Made by a program: the position numbers and the translations under genes
Shown here: positions 1 through 9,159 of the stretch, in pieces
Layout: every line of letters starts with the position of its first letter
Numbering within the stretch: the stretch's first letter is position 1
From: Lachnospiraceae bacterium
GTDB lineage: Bacteria; Bacillota; Clostridia; Lachnospirales; Lachnospiraceae
Assembly: GCA_045628965.1 (NCBI GenBank)
Contig: JAZQQI010000006.1
Location: 104,271-168,270 of the forward strand
Direction of reading: 5' to 3'
Length of the DNA: 64,000 nucleotides
The notes under the pieces: model-generated
The model's input: only the letters and a program-made list of their open reading frames with translations
Databases searched by the model: none
Told to the model about the DNA's origin: nothing

Positions 1-507
1 TCGCTTCAGACATCGAAGAAGGAAACAAACGAGGAAGTGCAAAATACCGAAAAACAAGACGAAGAAGATGAAAATGTTGAAGACAATGACGTTTCAGCCG
101 ATACTTCTGAAGACACAAACGAATCGGTCTCCGGTACGGAGGACAACGACGAATCGGAAGTTGAAACGGATTTGAATGACGACGGGACGGACGAGGATAA
201 CACTGAAGAAGATCAAGGTGTTGAAGACGGCGAAGGCGAATCCGAAGAGGATGCTTTGAATGACGTTGAGAACGGCGATGATGTTAATGCAAACGAAGGA
301 GAAGACACTTCACAGGAAGAAGAAATAGTTATTCCTGACACATTTGATCCGGTATTTTATGCAGAACATAATCCTGATGTGGTAAGTGTTTTTGGCGATA
401 CGCCGGAGGTGCTTTATAAACACTATCTTGAATACGGAATGGCGGAGGGAAGAGCGGCAAGCGAAAATGCTGATGTGATTCCCGAGTCCGAAGACAATGC
501 AAATTAA
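1..507 (+). CDS. 5'-truncated acidic low-complexity protein with a C-terminal FDxxFYAxxNPDV...HYLxYGxxEGR repeat-type domain (probably surface/secreted)
   Basis: Frame is open from base 1 to the stop at 507. Asp/Glu-rich linker followed by FDPVFYAEHNPDVVSVFGDTPEVLYKHYLEYGMAEGR. Confidence 0.7.
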   Translation, partial: SLQTSKKETNEEVQNTEKQDEEDENVEDNDVSADTSEDTNESVSGTEDNDESEVETDLNDDGTDEDNTEEDQGVEDGEGESEEDALNDVENGDDVNANEGEDTSQEEEIVIPDTFDPVFYAEHNPDVVSVFGDTPEVLYKHYLEYGMAEGRAASENADVIPESEDNAN

Positions 508-529
508 TTAAACGAAATTAGTGTAAATA

Positions 530-1522
530 ATGGACGAAAAAGATTTTACGGAACAAGTTCAAATAGAAAAGGAAGTAACAACGGCTCCTTCTCTTGATGA
601 AGGCAAACGAAAAAAGAAAGAGAAAAAGCCGAAAGTTGAAATTTCCGAGTATGGAAAGAAAATGGCCAAGAAGGAGAGAAGAATTGATTCTCTGTTTCTT
701 GTACCTTCGGGTGTGCTTGTTGCAGTTTTTTATCTTGTTCCTTTCCTTGTGGTGATAGCATATTCTCTTGAGGATAATCCAATTACAAAGAATTTTGCCG
801 GATTGTCGAATTTTGTCAAAATCCTTCAAAATGAGGCATTTAAACTTGCAGCATGGAATACGATTAAATTTTCGCTTATGGCGGTTCCGTCTGCGGTCGT
901 TATATCCCTTTTGATGGCGATTCTTCTTGATCAGAGCATTCCTCTGGCATCCAAATTCAGAACTATTTTTTTATCTCCGATGATGGTACCCGTAGCATCG
1001 GTTATTTTGGTGTTCAGGGTGCTTTTTGATTACAACGGAGCATTCAATGAAATGATTGTATTTTTGGGCGGAACAAAGGTTGACTGGATTAAGAGTGATC
1101 TTGCGCCTTTTGTCATTTTGGCTCTTTTCCTTTGGAAGAATCTTGGATACAACATGATTCTTTTCCTTGCCGGACTGGGAACGATTCCAAAGGAACTGAT
1201 GGAGGTTGCGTATCTTGATTCGTCGAATTCATTCAAACTGTTTTTTAAGATAAAAATAAGATATCTGTCACCGACAATTTTGTTCGTAGCAATTATGTCG
1301 TTAATCAATTCTTTTAAAATATTCAGAGAAGTGTATCTGCTGTCGGGCAGTTATCCGCACGGTTCGATTTATACGCTGCAACACTTCATGAACAATATGT
1401 TTGAGTCGCTTGATTATCAGAAATTGTCCTCGGGCGCGATACTGATGTGTCTTGTGATGATAGTGATAATCGGAATTTTGTATAAGGCCGAGAACAAATT
1501 CGGCAAAGATTTGGAGGAGTAG
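530..1522 (+). CDS. Carbohydrate-type ABC transporter permease (UgpA/MalF-like)
   Basis: Six hydrophobic segments; EAA-like loop IPKELMEVAYLDSSN; WKNLGYNMILFLAGL. Confidence 0.9.
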   Translation: MDEKDFTEQVQIEKEVTTAPSLDEGKRKKKEKKPKVEISEYGKKMAKKERRIDSLFLVPSGVLVAVFYLVPFLVVIAYSLEDNPITKNFAGLSNFVKILQNEAFKLAAWNTIKFSLMAVPSAVVISLLMAILLDQSIPLASKFRTIFLSPMMVPVASVILVFRVLFDYNGAFNEMIVFLGGTKVDWIKSDLAPFVILALFLWKNLGYNMILFLAGLGTIPKELMEVAYLDSSNSFKLFFKIKIRYLSPTILFVAIMSLINSFKIFREVYLLSGSYPHGSIYTLQHFMNNMFESLDYQKLSSGAILMCLVMIVIIGILYKAENKFGKDLEE

Positions 1523-1523
1523 T

Positions 1524-2447
1524 ATGAAACGTGAAAAGAAAGACAAACTCCTTCATTTCAGGAAAAAGAGTAAAAAGATAGCACGAATCGCAATCTTGTT
1601 TTCCATAGCACTTTTCTTTGCGGTGATTTTTCTTCTGCCGACGGTGCTTACGGTAACGAACTCTTTTATGAATGAGTCGGAAATAAATGCCAATTACGGT
1701 AAAATTTTTGCAACAAACGAAAAAGGCGGCAAGGTGTTTATAAGCGAATCGGTCAAGCTGAAACTGATTCCTGATAAGGTAAGTTTTGAGCAGTTCAAGG
1801 CATTCCTGTTTTTGAGCCCCGATTACCTTTACAAATTCTGGAATTCGGTAATATATACCGTCCCGATAATGTTACTGCAGTTGGCTGTGGCGCTTCTTGC
1901 ATCTTACGGTTTTATGAGACTGAAGGGGCGACCGAAGGAAATCCTTTTCTTTGTGTATATAATCATTTGCCTTATGCCTTATCAGGTTACGCTGGTGCCA
2001 AACTTCCTTGTATCGGAATGGCTCGGAATTCTTGATACCAGATGGTCGATATGGCTTCCGGGAATGGCTTCTCCGTTTGCGGTATATCTTCTGACAAAGT
2101 ACATGAAGAGAATTCCCAAATCGATTATTGAAGCCGCCAAAGTTGACGGTGCAGGAGAGTGGAAGGTGTTTACAAAAATTTGTCTTCCTCTTTGCAAGGG
2201 TGCAATTTTCTCTGTTGCGATACTGATATTCATTGATTACTGGAATATGGTGGAACAACCGCTTATTCTTTTGGCTGATGAGTATTATCATCCTTTAAGC
2301 ATTTTCCTCAGTAAAATCAATGAGGGTGAAATAGGTTTGGCATTTGCTGTAGCGTGTGTATATATGGTTCCAAGTTTGCTTATTTTCCTTTACGGCGAAG
2401 ATTACCTGGTTGAGGGAATTTCCTACCAGGGCGGTGTAAAAGGATAG
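1524..2447 (+). CDS. Carbohydrate-type ABC transporter permease (UgpE/MalG-like)
   Basis: EAA motif IPKSIIEAAKVDGAGEWKVFTKICLP; multiple TM segments; starts 1 nt after the previous stop. Confidence 0.9.
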   Translation: MKREKKDKLLHFRKKSKKIARIAILFSIALFFAVIFLLPTVLTVTNSFMNESEINANYGKIFATNEKGGKVFISESVKLKLIPDKVSFEQFKAFLFLSPDYLYKFWNSVIYTVPIMLLQLAVALLASYGFMRLKGRPKEILFFVYIIICLMPYQVTLVPNFLVSEWLGILDTRWSIWLPGMASPFAVYLLTKYMKRIPKSIIEAAKVDGAGEWKVFTKICLPLCKGAIFSVAILIFIDYWNMVEQPLILLADEYYHPLSIFLSKINEGEIGLAFAVACVYMVPSLLIFLYGEDYLVEGISYQGGVKG

Positions 2448-2460
2448 AACGGAGGATGTG

Positions 2461-4194
2461 ATGAAATTAACAAAACGTGAATGGATTAAAAATATAGCGA
2501 TTGTATTTCTTGTGATAATGCTTATTCTCACATTTTTTTCAAATACAATTATGAACCGCTCGCTCCCTGAGGTAAGTTCACAAAGCCTTACAAACGGAAC
2601 CATCGTAACACAGGTTCGCGGCGAGGGCGTTGTTGAAGCAGTGGATCCTTACAGCGTCATAATAGATGAGACGAGAAAAATCAAAAGCGTAGCGAAAAAA
2701 GTTGATGACCGTGTTGAAGTAGGAGATGTGCTTTATTACCTTGAGGGTGAGACGAGTGAGGAACTTACGACGGCGAAAAACAGTCTGAAGGATGCTCAAA
2801 CGGAATATGATTTGTATCTTATGGATAATAATATATCAAAATCCGAAGCTGAACAGATTCAGGCCGGAGTAACTACGACAACAGGTGATATTCTTCAAAA
2901 ACTTGAGGCAAAAGATAAAGAGATTACTGATGCTCAAAAGGTTTCGGATGATACACAAAAAAAGATTGATGAATTGGTTAAGCAAAAGGATCTTAATCAA
3001 TATAATACAGTTGATGCTAAGGCGGAACTTGATGCTCTCAATAAAGCAAAGAGTGAAAGCGAAGCGGCAGATGCGGCTTTGGCAGGATATGACAAAGCCA
3101 GAGCGGAGTATAATGCCAAGGCGGTTGAATTAAATGAAAAAAATGCAGAGTATGTATGGGAGAAAAACAGATTGGACAGTACCGATCCCGATCCTTCGGT
3201 AACGGATCCCGATTATTATGCAGAGATTAAAGAGGCGTATGAAACCGTAGACAGAGATAAGTATTTGCTTGAACAAAAGGTTGCCGAACTTGCAGGCAAA
3301 CTTCCGTCCGATGAACAGTATAACGAGGCAAAAGCGAATGCAGATGCAAAAAAATCGGCAATGGAAACTGCACAGAAGAATTATGACAATAAGCTTGCTT
3401 CAATTGACAATAACGGAGATTCCATAAGCAAACAGCTTATTGAATTAAATTATTCGAAAAAGGAAAATGATGATAAAGTCAAGAAGTTGCAGGAAGAAAG
3501 AGATAAATATTACAATAACGAGAAAGCTAAAATTGAAATAGAGAAAAAATATCAGAATATCCTTCAAATAGAAAAGAAAATCAAAGACCTCGAAGCCAAA
3601 GCTATCGGAGGTGAAGTAACATCTCCGGTTGCAGGTACAATTACATCGCTTTCGTATACCGCAGGCGAAAAGGTAGAGGCAGGCTCGACAGTTGCGGTAG
3701 TACAGATAGACGGCAAAGGATATAAGCTTTCTTTTCCTGTAACCGAGAAACAGGCCAAGTCGGTAAATGTCGGAGATGAGGTTAGCGTAGTCAACAACTG
3801 GTTTTATTATGATATTACGGCCAATCTTGTAGCAATTAAGCCTGACAAGAGCAGCTCAAAAAATGGCAAACTTCTCGAATTTACAATTTCGGGAGAATCG
3901 ATTCAGCCCGGTCAGTATTTGACGTTGTCTGTAGGACAGAAGAGTTCGAATTATGATTTAATTGTTCCTCTCAGTGCGCTCAGAGAAGACAATAACGGTA
4001 ATTTTGTACTGATAGTGGAAACAAAGTCGACACCGTTCGGTTCCAGATACGTTGCCAAAAGAGTTGACGTGGAAGTTCTCGAAAAAGATGACAACAACGC
4101 TGCCGTAAAAGCAGAACTTTTCGGTTACGAGTATGTAATCACATCGTCGTCAAAACCTCTTGAAAACGGAGATCAGGTCAAAATCGCGGAGTAA
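2461..4194 (+). CDS. Membrane-fusion/periplasmic-adaptor protein (HlyD/RND-MFP family) with a long coiled coil
   Basis: N-terminal TM anchor; lipoyl-like halves (VKKVDDRVEVGDVL; VTSPVAGTITSLSYTAGEKVEAG) flank ~300 aa of helical sequence; C-terminal VPLSALREDNNG beta domain. GGAGG RBS before ATG 2461. Confidence 0.85.
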   Translation: MKLTKREWIKNIAIVFLVIMLILTFFSNTIMNRSLPEVSSQSLTNGTIVTQVRGEGVVEAVDPYSVIIDETRKIKSVAKKVDDRVEVGDVLYYLEGETSEELTTAKNSLKDAQTEYDLYLMDNNISKSEAEQIQAGVTTTTGDILQKLEAKDKEITDAQKVSDDTQKKIDELVKQKDLNQYNTVDAKAELDALNKAKSESEAADAALAGYDKARAEYNAKAVELNEKNAEYVWEKNRLDSTDPDPSVTDPDYYAEIKEAYETVDRDKYLLEQKVAELAGKLPSDEQYNEAKANADAKKSAMETAQKNYDNKLASIDNNGDSISKQLIELNYSKKENDDKVKKLQEERDKYYNNEKAKIEIEKKYQNILQIEKKIKDLEAKAIGGEVTSPVAGTITSLSYTAGEKVEAGSTVAVVQIDGKGYKLSFPVTEKQAKSVNVGDEVSVVNNWFYYDITANLVAIKPDKSSSKNGKLLEFTISGESIQPGQYLTLSVGQKSSNYDLIVPLSALREDNNGNFVLIVETKSTPFGSRYVAKRVDVEVLEKDDNNAAVKAELFGYEYVITSSSKPLENGDQVKIAE

Positions 4195-4198
4195 TTAA

Positions 4199-5218
4199 AT
4201 GCAAAAATTCAAAATGATTCTTAAAAAAATTAAATATTACAGAGTCATTTCGCTATTGCTTGTTATTTGCTTTTTGATTATCGGATTGATACTGAAAGGA
4301 ATCCTTAATCGCGGGGCGGCTAAATATGAAGATCAAAACGCTGCAAAAAGATGGGATTCCGAAGGTAAATTTGCTCAGGTTTCGATGTTTGTCAAGGAAA
4401 CGGCGTGTGTGACAACAGATACCATTTCGCAAATGAACTATGATTTGGAAAAGAAACTGAGCCTTAACTCAATCGATACGGAAAACGAAGACGTGAGAGC
4501 GTACATAGAATGCTATTCGGCCAAAACGGATGTTTATCTTACAAGCGGAAAGAGGTCCGTTAATGTTGCGGCGTATGCCGTCGGCGGCGACTTCTTTTAC
4601 TTTCATCCGGTGAAACTGCTTTCGGGTACATATTTTTCAAGCGAAGATTTGATGCATGACGGAATAATTCTCGATGAAGAAACGGCTTGGAATCTTTTCG
4701 GCTCGTATGACATAGCGGGGCAACAGATTGAAATGGGCGAAAAGGTCCTTTTTGTTAAAGGTGTTTACCAAAAAGAGGACAATAAGATTTATTCATATGC
4801 CAGAGGCAAAAATGATGAGATTTTTGTGCCGTATGAGCTTGTTTCGGATGAAAACTCGGGTCCTTCCATTACATGTGTTGAGGTATGCATGCCAAACATC
4901 GTGGACAATTTTGCAACGGGAATCCTGACAGAATGCTTCAATGTAGCAGAAGGCGAGTGCATTATGACGGACAATTCGGAAAGATATACCGTCGATAATC
5001 TTTGGAACGTCTATAAATCGAGAAAATATCGTTCGATGGACAATAATGACATTATTTTCCCGTATTGGGAAAAGATAGCAAGATATGAAGAAGACATTTT
5101 GGCACCCAAAGCAGTATGGATGTGCATTTGCTTTATTTCGTCGGGAACAATTTTTGTATGCCTTGTTTTGTATGAACTTGCATATCTGACAAGATTTCGA
5201 AATACAGACGATTTGTAG
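4199..5218 (+). CDS. MacB-like extracytoplasmic-core-domain protein (ABC permease-associated)
   Basis: N- and C-terminal TM segments; GGDFFYFHPVKLLSGTYF and IILDEETAWNLFG match the MacB periplasmic-core pattern. Confidence 0.7.
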   Translation: MQKFKMILKKIKYYRVISLLLVICFLIIGLILKGILNRGAAKYEDQNAAKRWDSEGKFAQVSMFVKETACVTTDTISQMNYDLEKKLSLNSIDTENEDVRAYIECYSAKTDVYLTSGKRSVNVAAYAVGGDFFYFHPVKLLSGTYFSSEDLMHDGIILDEETAWNLFGSYDIAGQQIEMGEKVLFVKGVYQKEDNKIYSYARGKNDEIFVPYELVSDENSGPSITCVEVCMPNIVDNFATGILTECFNVAEGECIMTDNSERYTVDNLWNVYKSRKYRSMDNNDIIFPYWEKIARYEEDILAPKAVWMCICFISSGTIFVCLVLYELAYLTRFRNTDDL

Positions 5219-5228
5219 AAAGGACAAT

Positions 5229-6347
5229 ATGATGAAAAAATCGATAACACCTAAATTTATTGCGTTGTTCGCAGTGACAACTGTGCTACTGACATCGACC
5301 ACCGGCTGCAGCCTGGCAGATATTATAACTGAATATTTAATCGGAGATGTTGAAGAAATCGAAGAAGTAGCAGAAGCAGAAGCAGAAGATGAAGAGGAAG
5401 AAATAAGAAGAGAAGCAAGAATACTTATTCCGTACAGTCATGGGCAATATCATCCCTCAGGCGAAAATGCCGCAAAACCCGAAGATGCGAACAGTTATGG
5501 CGAACTTTCGGAAGAGGAAACGGCAGCCGAAAAGTATGCCGATCTTAAAGTCGGTGACGAAATTGTATTCGGAGAATATGGAGCAGGACCTATCGAATGG
5601 ATGGTTCTTGATAAAGATAATGACGGTAACTACCTTCTTTTCTCAAAGTATGCGGTGGAAGTAATGCCGTATGATTATGAAGATTCTGAAAATGACCAAT
5701 GGGAGTTTTCGTATTTACGTGAATGGATGAACAATGATTTTTATAATCAGGCTTTTACGGAAGAGGAAAGAAGCTATATTGATACTTCACATTTGACGAA
5801 TAATGATAATTTCTTCGAAAACGGTGACAAGCCAAAGTCGACTCCCGGAGCGGATACTTACGACAAAATATTTGCTTTTTCATATACGGAATTGATGACA
5901 TATTTTTCATATTCGAGGTATTATACAATGGAAGAGTCAGTTTCTCAAATAGGCGACATTGTATATACCGTGATTGATCATGGATATTCGAGGGATGCAC
6001 TTTGTCCGGCTACCGAATATGTCTGTGAAAAAGATGCATATTACTGGTGGAACAGTGAAAATACAAATCTTGAAAAATTCGGTATGACCGAAGAAACGTA
6101 CTATAAGCCTTTTGTGGAATATTGGCTCAGAACCGGAGGTTGTAAAGGTCAAGTCATGATAGTAATGTCCAAAGGGGAGATTGGACCGACGGGATATTCG
6201 GTGGATTCCGAAGGTGAATGTGTACGCCCTGCCATGTGGGTTAATTTCAGTGGAGGAAGAGACATCGAGCCTCAGTTTGTCGGAAATGACCACACAATCA
6301 GTTTTCAGGTGGACGAAAAACCCTTTGATATACCTGAGAAAGAATAA
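5229..6347 (+). CDS. Lipoprotein with DUF6273-type domain
   Basis: Lipobox-like TTGC; GDEIVFGEY..PIEWMVLDK, WEFSYLREWMNNDFYNQAFT, YWLRT and VRPAMW motifs. Confidence 0.7.
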   Translation: MMKKSITPKFIALFAVTTVLLTSTTGCSLADIITEYLIGDVEEIEEVAEAEAEDEEEEIRREARILIPYSHGQYHPSGENAAKPEDANSYGELSEEETAAEKYADLKVGDEIVFGEYGAGPIEWMVLDKDNDGNYLLFSKYAVEVMPYDYEDSENDQWEFSYLREWMNNDFYNQAFTEEERSYIDTSHLTNNDNFFENGDKPKSTPGADTYDKIFAFSYTELMTYFSYSRYYTMEESVSQIGDIVYTVIDHGYSRDALCPATEYVCEKDAYYWWNSENTNLEKFGMTEETYYKPFVEYWLRTGGCKGQVMIVMSKGEIGPTGYSVDSEGECVRPAMWVNFSGGRDIEPQFVGNDHTISFQVDEKPFDIPEKE

Positions 6348-6396
6348 TGAAAAAATAAACTTTGATGAATAAAACCAAAAAAATTTTTTCAGATTA

Positions 6397-6425
6397 TTGA
6401 CAACATTTTTTCTATATGGTATTAC
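6397..6425 (+). promoter_or_regulatory. SigA-type promoter for the riboswitch-purC leader
   Basis: TTGACA (6397-6402), 17-nt spacer, TG-extended TATTAC (6420-6425). Confidence 0.65.
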
Positions 6426-6443
6426 TTTTTTTGTGTGAATAAT

Positions 6444-6516
6444 TCATATGCTACTGACGGGTAAATGTGGAGCACCACAGGGAAGCATATGATTGGAAAG
6501 AGTCGACCGTCTGGGC
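6444..6516 (+). ncRNA. ZMP/ZTP (pfl) riboswitch aptamer
   Basis: P1 TCATATGCT (6444-52) pairs with AGCATATGA (6484-92); ACTGAC junction; P2 TGTGG/CCACA; 3' CCGTCTGGGC pseudoknot strand; lies directly upstream of purC. Confidence 0.9.
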
Positions 6517-6546
6517 ATACTTGAAAGTTTATTAAGTGTGCCTTTT
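6514..6546 (+). terminator. Intrinsic terminator forming the riboswitch expression platform
   Basis: GGCATACTTGA...TTAAGTGTGCC stem plus T-run, overlapping the aptamer 3' strand. Confidence 0.8.
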
Positions 6547-6592
6547 TATATTCTTTCTTCAAAAATATAATTAAAGCAGGAGGCAAACAAAA

Positions 6593-7273
6593 ATGAAATT
6601 TGTTTACAAAGGAAAGACCAAAGATGTTTATGAACTTGAGAACGGTAACTATCTTTTAAAGTTTAAAGATGACTGTACAGGAAAAGACGGTGTATTCGAT
6701 CCCGGCGAAAACTCAGTTGGTCTTCAGATTGAAGGTGTAGGCGATGTTAATCTTCGTATGACAGAGTACTTCTTCGAGAAAGTTAACGCTGCAGGCATCA
6801 GAACACATTTTGTTAAGGCTAACCTTGACGATACAACAATGGAAGTACTTCCTGCTAAAGTTTTCGGCCATGGTCTTGAAGTTATCTGCCGTTACAAAGC
6901 AGTAGGAAGCTTCTTCAAGAGATACGGCGAATATATTGAGAACGGTGCAGATCTTCCCGCATACGTTGAAACAACATTCAAGAATGACGAGAAGGGCGAT
7001 CCCCTTGTAACAAAGGATGCTTTGGTAGCACTTAACGTTATGACGGAAGCTCAGTACGACGACATCAAGAAGATGACACAGGACATCACAAAGATTGTTG
7101 CCGATGATTTGAAGGCTAAGGGAATGGACCTTTACGATATCAAGTTTGAGTTCGGTTACGATAAGGATGGAAAGGTTATGCTTATCGACGAAATCGCTTC
7201 AGGAAACATGAGAGTTTACAAGAACGGCGAATACATCGATCCCATGACATTGTCAAAACTTTTCTTTGCATAA
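6593..7273 (+). CDS. purC: SAICAR synthase
   Basis: [22 protein letters not shown] and LIDEI motifs; ZTP riboswitch upstream. Confidence 0.95.
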   Translation: MKFVYKGKTKDVYELENGNYLLKFKDDCTGKDGVFDPGENSVGLQIEGVGDVNLRMTEYFFEKVNAAGIRTHFVKANLDDTTMEVLPAKVFGHGLEVICRYKAVGSFFKRYGEYIENGADLPAYVETTFKNDEKGDPLVTKDALVALNVMTEAQYDDIKKMTQDITKIVADDLKAKGMDLYDIKFEFGYDKDGKVMLIDEIASGNMRVYKNGEYIDPMTLSKLFFA

Positions 7274-7289
7274 TTTGCAATTACAATAT

Positions 7290-7325
7290 AAACCTTCGGA
7301 AACGTTGTTTTCGGGGGTTTTTTAT
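7290..7325 (+). terminator. Intrinsic terminator after purC
   Basis: AAACCTTCGGAA...TTTCGGGGGTTT stem plus T-run. Confidence 0.75.
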
Positions 7326-7428
7326 TGTCTTGAAAGAGGCGTTTCAAAGCCCTCCTTCGACTTGACTTATTTTGCGTTTGGGACTAATATGAAGGGTGGT
7401 TTTTATAAATAAGAAAGAAGGATTTGCA

Positions 7429-8295
7429 ATGAGTAAGAAGAGAGCCATTATCAGCGGCATCATATTCGGTGTCGTGATAACTTTATTGCTTGTTGGAATA
7501 TTTTTAACCGGCGAATCCGGGGCGGAAGAAGACATCAAAGAGGTCATGAAGGATGCCGTTTTGCATGAATCCGCCAAGGTAAGTCTTTTCGGACTTATAA
7601 ACGTCAATCCGGGTCTTATTTCAGCCTTTATGGTGACCGGAATCTTGACGGTGTTCGCGGTTATTGTACGAATTTTCGTTATTCCAAAATTCAAGATGGT
7701 GCCGGGGAAGTTTCAGATGCTTCTGGAAGCTGCGGTAGGCGTGTTTGAAGGCATAGCCAAATCGAACAGCCCCCATAAGAATTATTTCTTAAACGGTTAT
7801 ATGTTTGTTGCCGGCACATATATTTTTGTAAGTACGCTTTTTGAACTTCTCGGTGTTCAGGTGATTACGACAAACGGAACACCGATAACGTTATCAGCTC
7901 CGCTTTCGGATATAAACGGTGCGATAATGCTTGGATGTACCACTTATGGATTCCTACTTATAAGCGGCATTATAAACAACGGATTTATGGGACTTGTGAA
8001 GACTTTGAAGGACTTCTCGCTTCCCATCTCCATGAGCTTCCGTTTGTTCGGCGCGCTTTTGTCGGGAGCTTTGGTAACGGAACTTGTTTATTACTATAAA
8101 GTTACAAGCTTTGTTCTTCCGGTTATCGTCGGTGTGCTGTTCACGCTTCTTCATGCGATAGTTCAGTCATACGTTTTGACGATGCTTGCCAGCGTGACAT
8201 ACGGCGAGTCGGCGGAACCTGTTGAAAAGAAAGAAAAAGTCAAAAAGAATAAAAAAGATAAAAATAACAACTTAACTACGGAGGTTTTGGAATGA
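7429..8295 (+). CDS. atpB: F1Fo ATP synthase subunit a
   Basis: SMSFRLFG with the essential Arg; PGKFQMLLE; HAIVQSYVLTML; first gene of the operon. Confidence 0.9.
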   Translation: MSKKRAIISGIIFGVVITLLLVGIFLTGESGAEEDIKEVMKDAVLHESAKVSLFGLINVNPGLISAFMVTGILTVFAVIVRIFVIPKFKMVPGKFQMLLEAAVGVFEGIAKSNSPHKNYFLNGYMFVAGTYIFVSTLFELLGVQVITTNGTPITLSAPLSDINGAIMLGCTTYGFLLISGIINNGFMGLVKTLKDFSLPISMSFRLFGALLSGALVTELVYYYKVTSFVLPVIVGVLFTLLHAIVQSYVLTMLASVTYGESAEPVEKKEKVKKNKKDKNNNLTTEVLE

Positions 8296-8648
8296 AAAAT
8301 TCTACAAAAGCAATCACATTGATTTTATTATTGGTAGTGGCACTCGGCCTTGCATTTATCCCTTCAAATAAGGCATATGCCGCAGGAGAATCGGGAATTG
8401 AAGCAGAGACAAACGACAATGACATTATGGTGGCTAAAGCACTCGGTGCAGCCGCTTGTGTAGGTTTGGTTGCCGCAGCGGGTGCTGTAGGTATGGCACT
8501 TGCAATTTCTAAGGCGGCAGAAGGTGTTTCACGTCAGCCCGAAGCGGCAGGAAAGATTCAGACGCTTTTACTTCTAGGACTTATCTTTATCGAGACTGCA
8601 ATTATTTACGGCTTGATTGTAGCTATCCTTGTAATTTTTGTACTGTAG
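8292..8648 (+). CDS. atpE: F1Fo ATP synthase subunit c with an N-terminal signal-peptide-like extension
   Basis: RQPE loop and IETAIIY carboxylate helix; ~45 extra N-terminal residues. Confidence 0.92.
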   Translation: MKNSTKAITLILLLVVALGLAFIPSNKAYAAGESGIEAETNDNDIMVAKALGAAACVGLVAAAGAVGMALAISKAAEGVSRQPEAAGKIQTLLLLGLIFIETAIIYGLIVAILVIFVL

Positions 8649-8675
8649 TAACTTTTATGGGAATGGAGTGTAAAT

Positions 8676-9158
8676 ATGAATTTACCGCTTAATATTGATA
8701 TACAGCAGATTCTTCTTCATCTCTTAAACTTCACAATCCTTTTCTGTGTTCTTTATTTCGTACTTTACGTACCAATTAAGAATTTCATGAACAAAAGGAC
8801 GGAGTACTATAAGAAGCTTGATGACGATGCCAATGACAAATTAAAAGAATCGGAAGAGATTAAGGCTGAATACGAGAAAAAACTTGCAAGCGCCGAAAGT
8901 GAAATTGCCGAAATCAAGGCAAATGCCAATAAAGAGAATGCTCTTGAACGCGAAAAAGTAATCGCAAAGGCAAACGATGAGGCCAAGGACATTGTTGAGA
9001 AGGCCAAAGAAAAGGCAAACGACGAGCATAAGCGAATTGTTGCCGATGCTCAGAAGGAAATTGCGGACATCGTAGATGAAGCAACACGTAAAATCGTTCT
9101 CGATTCGGATGTCGATACATACGATCAGTTCTTGAATGCTGTTGAAAGGAATCAGTAA
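8676..9158 (+). CDS. atpF: F1Fo ATP synthase subunit b
   Basis: N-terminal TM (LLNFTILFCVLYFVLYVPIKNFMNKR) plus a charged coiled coil. Confidence 0.9.
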   Translation: MNLPLNIDIQQILLHLLNFTILFCVLYFVLYVPIKNFMNKRTEYYKKLDDDANDKLKESEEIKAEYEKKLASAESEIAEIKANANKENALEREKVIAKANDEAKDIVEKAKEKANDEHKRIVADAQKEIADIVDEATRKIVLDSDVDTYDQFLNAVERNQ

Positions 9159-9159
9159 A

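Noticed and set aside
5229-6347. DUF6273 lipoprotein as a diversity-generating retroelement target
   Set aside because: No reverse transcriptase and no template/variable repeat pair were seen in the window.
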